A stretch of 64,000 nt of DNA from Hormiphora californensis. Lineage: Eukaryota > Animalia > Ctenophora. Location of the stretch: NCBI GenBank assembly GCA_020137815.1, contig CM035351.1:1488001-1552000 (forward strand), in the 5' to 3' direction. The translations under genes were made by a program, and so were the position numbers. The notes beneath the pieces were generated by a model. It was not told where the DNA came from, did no database searches, and worked only from the letters and a program-made list of their open reading frames with translations. Positions 59,401 through 64,000 of the stretch are shown here, piece by piece. Numbering within the stretch: position 1 is the first letter of the stretch; each line of letters opens with the position of its first letter.

Positions 59401-61700
59401 TCTTGGAACTACTCACTGCATCCCACATCCTGGAGATATGAGGAAACGGGGTTAGTGGGGGAGGAGGGGATTTAGTGGGGCCAGGAGGAGGTTATCAGAG
59501 GAGATGTTGGGGTTACTGGTTAGTGGGAGAGATGGGGGTTTTTAGTGAGGGAGAAGGAGGGGGGATGTTGGGGGATGGAGAGGGGTAAGTGGGGAGATGC
59601 GGTACACTGAGGACTATCTGAGGAGTGTATGATATGACATAATCACGATACATCCTGCACAATTGGGCCCCACAATTACATAATTTAATTGGGTATCTTG
59701 TAGTTACCTGTCCAGTTGATTAATATTTCCAGATCGGAATGTAGAACCCTGAATAGTTGACCTATCCTCCATTGTATCTTCCTGTCTCTCCTCTCCATCA
59801 CACTCTTCCTAGAAGGCACACAACATGTTTAACTTCCAATTATCAACCACGTCATGTCCCCTAAACTCCTCATTCTCTCCCCACTCTCTATCCTCTTTCT
59901 CTCCCAACTCTCTCCCCATTCTCTCCCCACATTTAATTCTCTTCTTTCTCTCCCCATTCTCTCTCAATTAAAGCCCCCTTTCTGCAGACTACAAATATTT
60001 AATGTTCCTCTCTATCTCTTTATAGTCTCAATCATTATATACCCGCGGAACAGAACGGATGTCCTTTCCTCTGACGTATTTCATCTCTCTCATTCTATCC
60101 ATGGCTCTGATCCACATGAGGGCCCCCTCGGATAACTCCTCCCCGTGTTCTGAACCATCCAGGGACATCTGTCCACCTGGTCCATCACTACAGCAGGGGA
60201 GAAATCGGGGTTAGAGGGAGGACATGCAACAAGCATGGGGAAATATCGGGGTTAGAGGGAGGAAACTAGCAGGGGGAGATATCGGGGTTAGAGAATAGAG
60301 AATATGAAACTATCAGGGGGAGAAATCGGGGTTAGAGAATATAGAATATGAAACTAGCAGGGGAGATATTGGGGTTAGATAAAATGAAGCTAGCAGGGAG
60401 AGATATTGGGGATAGAAGGAGGAAAGTAGCTCTATATAATTGTCAGAAGTCACTAAAACAGGGGGCCAATAGACTATGAAACTGTTCCTTACTCTGTATG
60501 ATTATTGTGGAAGGTTTGGTGATCTGAGGGGACTGCAGCAGTGGAGGGTCTAGAGGACTCCCCCTCACTGTTATATGAGCTATGCCGGGAGCGGGAGGGG
60601 CAACTCTCAGAGTCCACATTTAGCTCTCTGTAGACAGATCCACTCTCTGAGGTTAGGTAGCTATCCGTTCTAGTATAGGGACATGGTCCAGCTGAAATAA
60701 AGAGAGGGTTAGCTGCCACTGAAAGACATTAGCACCCTTCTATAACAGGTCTCCTCTCTCCGAACCACAGATAGAAAATAACAAATCCCCTGCTGCTACT
60801 ACTACTACTGCGAGTCCTCTGCTAACATCAGCAACTCAACCCACTTACACTGTGGCTGTGGATTCCGTATACTAAGAGTTCGTGTGATGTTTTGTCCTTT
60901 GATGTCTTGAAAGTTCTTAGCCTGACTTTGGGCTCGTAACGTTGTCATCTGTAAGAGGGTGGAAGTGGGTGAGATACGATGGTGAGATAGGGTAAAGAGA
61001 GGTGGGTATGCTTCGCTAGGAGACATGTATATCATAAAACCACGTCCCAAAAAGATATATCATGCACATGTCTCTCTCTCACCTCACAAAGGCGGCATAG
61101 AATGTGCTCCAAACACGAAGAACAACACATGTTACAACACAAGACGAGGGTGGGGCACTCAATTATGCCCTGATAGAATATTTTATATATTTGTATAGGG
61201 GATAAGACACGCTAAACACACACAAGTGATTCACCTGCCTTCGTTACAAAACAGCTGTAAATAAGGGTAACAATTGGAGAGAGGGGGACAGGCATTGTTC
61301 CTCTACACACAGGGGGTGGAGATGCCCCCATGCAGTGGTAAACAATACCCCTCCAGCTCCTCTCATATCAGTGTTCTGAGCGCGGGGTTCAGAGACTGGA
61401 CGCATGCGAGATGGGACGCCGCGCGCACGCACACGACTGCTTACGGCGCCGTGTGCTTTGCGCTGTAAAGTCCTACCCGCGCCGTCCAGACACGATCAAT
61501 GAAAATAACCCTCAGTGGGGTGCTGCAGTTGCAGTTGTGGAGTGGGGATAATTATAAGAATTATAAAATGGGTTGCAATATAATACTGGACAGTAGATAG
61601 ATATTCTACATTTATCAGTACCTCTGTTTTCCGAATCGTTTGAAGTTCGTTCAGTCGTCTCTCCAGCTCTTCTAACTCATCCCGAGGGGCGTCTAGTTCT
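53467..61700 (-). CDS. unc-13: Unc-13/Munc13 vesicle-priming protein (C1, C2B, MUN, C2C); 5' end uncertain; apparent +1 frameshift near 54635
   Basis: C1 [42 protein letters not shown]; C2[30 protein letters not shown]; [14 protein letters not shown]; C-terminal [16 protein letters not shown]. Confidence 0.9.
56445..56716. mobile_element. MITE family A, copy 1 (TA flanks, ~35-bp TIR), in an unc-13 intron
   Basis: agtcgaattttttaatcaagggacagggg / cccctgtcccttgattaaaaaattcgact; second copy at 62492. Confidence 0.82.
60190..60420. repeat. Intronic degenerate minisatellite (gggggagaaatcggggttagag core)
   Basis: About 6 units visible. Confidence 0.75.
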
Positions 61701-62491
61701 GAAATTGTAAACAATTGTAAACAATTGTAAATTAGTACTACTATATAGTTATTAGTCTTTGTTATGATATGTTGCGACTTGGGAAACAAGACCGGCAATT
61801 TTAAATCAATGCCCTTGCAAAACCTTTCCATATGAGGACATCGCCCTTGCATGGTTGAATAAAATACATATCATTTTAAAATATGCTCCCACCACCGGGG
61901 AGAGAGAGAGCGACAATCAACTCTTGACAGCACATAATAGCCATTTTGGTTCTCTCTCTCTCCCCCTCTCTCTCACTCTCTCTCTTCCTCGAGGAGGGCT
62001 CCTATATTTTCTCTCGTTCCCAGCTCATGTCTGACAGGAGATCTCATTCCCTCCCTCTCTCACTATCTTTCACTCTGTCTCTCTCACTTTCCCTCTCTTT
62101 CACTCTCTCTGTCTGTCACACTCTCTCTTTTTCGACTCTCTCCCTCTCTTTATGTCTCTCTCTATCATTATTTTACCTGACACTCCAAGAAGAAAATGTA
62201 CGTCAATCAATATATGATCGGAATGTAAGAGTCGTCCGAGAGGTTGCGTAGCATACCAACACCCTGCACCGCACTAAAAGGGCAGTAATTATAATAAAAA
62301 GGAGTACAGATATAGGAAATGGGAAACATGATAATAGAGAAATATAAAATAGGAAATTAGTTGGGCACATAGAAACTTGGGAAGCTGGATCTGTCGAGAT
62401 AGAGTGAGAACTGAGACACACACACACATACATTCATAATTGTGATATGCAATTATGTAATTAAAACATGGATCTATTTATCATGTACATA

Positions 62492-63038
62492 AAGTCGAAT
62501 TTTTTAATCAAGGGACAGGGGGCCGCACATTTACAAAAGTCGATTTGCGTGTGCTAAACGTTTTCGCTCATATCTCCTGTTCCTGATAAGATAAAGACTT
62601 GATTTTGGTTGCGTTGAAAAGGTCTTAAAATCATCTTTCCAAAGCATCCAGATTCAAGTCTTAAAGTGAGAGAGAACACTAAAACTTTAGTGAAAACCGC
62701 ATGTCTCTAGCATGTTTTTGAAAATCGAGCTAACACATGCGAGACGCACCATAATGGGCCCATTATGGGCGTACACTATGAATTTACGCCCATTATGGGC
62801 CCATTATGGTGCGTCTCGCATGTGTTAGCTCGATTTTCAAAAACATGCTAGAGACATGCGGTTTTCACTAAAGTTTTAGTTAGCCATCAAGGAGTATCCA
62901 GATAACTTTTTGTGAAAATCCCTGCTGTTCTCACTCACTTTAAGATTGCCAGGAACTTGATCTCGATTGTCACACGCAAATATAACGCCGCGCGACCTCT
63001 CCGAATGCGCGGCCCCCGTCGATTAAAAAATTCGACTT
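62492..63038. mobile_element. MITE family A, copy 2, carrying a nested insertion
   Basis: Aligns to copy 1 on both sides of 62665-62939. Confidence 0.82.
62665..62939. mobile_element. Kolobok-like TTAA-specific MITE with an internal palindrome
   Basis: TTAA|agtgagagagaac...gttctcactcact|TTAA; the empty site tcaagtcTTAAgattgcc is visible in copy 1 near 56612. Confidence 0.85.
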
Positions 63039-64000
63039 TATATGTCGTATGATGATTTGTGTTATTCACTTCAGAAAACTCAATACACACATTTTTTGAC
63101 ACCAAATTTGAACTTTTAGCATAATTTATTAAAGATGTCATTTCTCAACGACCAACGTCATGACCCCCTCCCCCCATGCCTCTATTGTTTCTCTATTTAA
63201 CTATATTCTCCCTCCCTCCTCTCTCCCTCCCTCTCTCTCTCATCGTTATATTACGTCACACAAATGCAATATCCGTGGTTGGTGGGCGGTGTGGGTGTGA
63301 CGCATATAATACACATGACAAAAGTGTTATGAAACATTCCAAAACAAGGAAACTTTTGAAAAGAAATCAACTATGATCATTTCCTGACAAATGTCAATGA
63401 TAGCGATCAACGTCATTATTACATGTTTCACCGCGCCCCCGCAGATGGAAAGGAGTGCTAGAACGAGTTTAAAATTATTTACATCACCCCAGTTATTTTC
63501 CTTGAGGCACCTGGCTACTCGACCCACTTTACACCAATATATTGCCCCGATCCAATCTATAACAATCACTGATCGTGTCAGTGGTGTCACACTGAAAACA
63601 CTAGGTGTGCAGTTAATCAGAAGTAGGGGGAGAGACAAGATGCAACAAGAGGGGTGGCAGTGCAGGGAGAAAAAGTGAGAGAGAAATCCGATCACAGGTG
63701 GGATCGCTCTCAGTAGAATTATAGGGACTATACAATACAATTATATACATTGAGCCCTTAACTCCATCTGTTATAAGGTAACACACACACACTTCCAAAC
63801 ACGCACACAATCTGTGCTGGCAAGGGCGATATGTTTTTAACATGTGGATTTGACTTGAAAATTCGACACGGGTGGTGTTAGGCTTGTTTTTAGTAAGACA
63901 CAAGTCAAGACCCGCCTTTACAAATAGTCACACACATTCAAACATTTTAACTACTTAACGACTTTTATAAGGATGGAGGGAGGTACTGAGAGAGGGAGAG

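Overview
Eukaryotic (animal) genomic DNA with short GT-AG introns and many transposons. The overall style resembles a ctenophore-type genome, but that assignment is inference only. Host genes: a secreted GALNS-like sulfatase that has lost its catalytic residues (+), and five minus-strand genes: an HExxH metallopeptidase with a jacalin-like C-terminus, an ATF2-family C2H2/bZIP factor spanning about 23 kb with a 10-nt microexon, XPR1, an intronless choline dehydrogenase and unc-13. Mobile DNA: an APE-type LINE with a CCCH-finger ORF1 and a probable -1 ribosomal frameshift into ORF2; a three-level nest (foldback-like TIR element > Helitron > Penelope with hammerhead-bearing pLTRs); a CRE-clade RLE retrotransposon split by a CR1/L2-group LINE; a LINE 3' fragment ending in a 77-bp hairpin whose mismatches are strongly strand-biased G-U pairs; and many MITEs and long palindromic elements. 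Two blocks (about 20.6-23.2 kb and 27.3-28.9 kb) look like low-quality assembly. All calls were read by eye and no searches were run.
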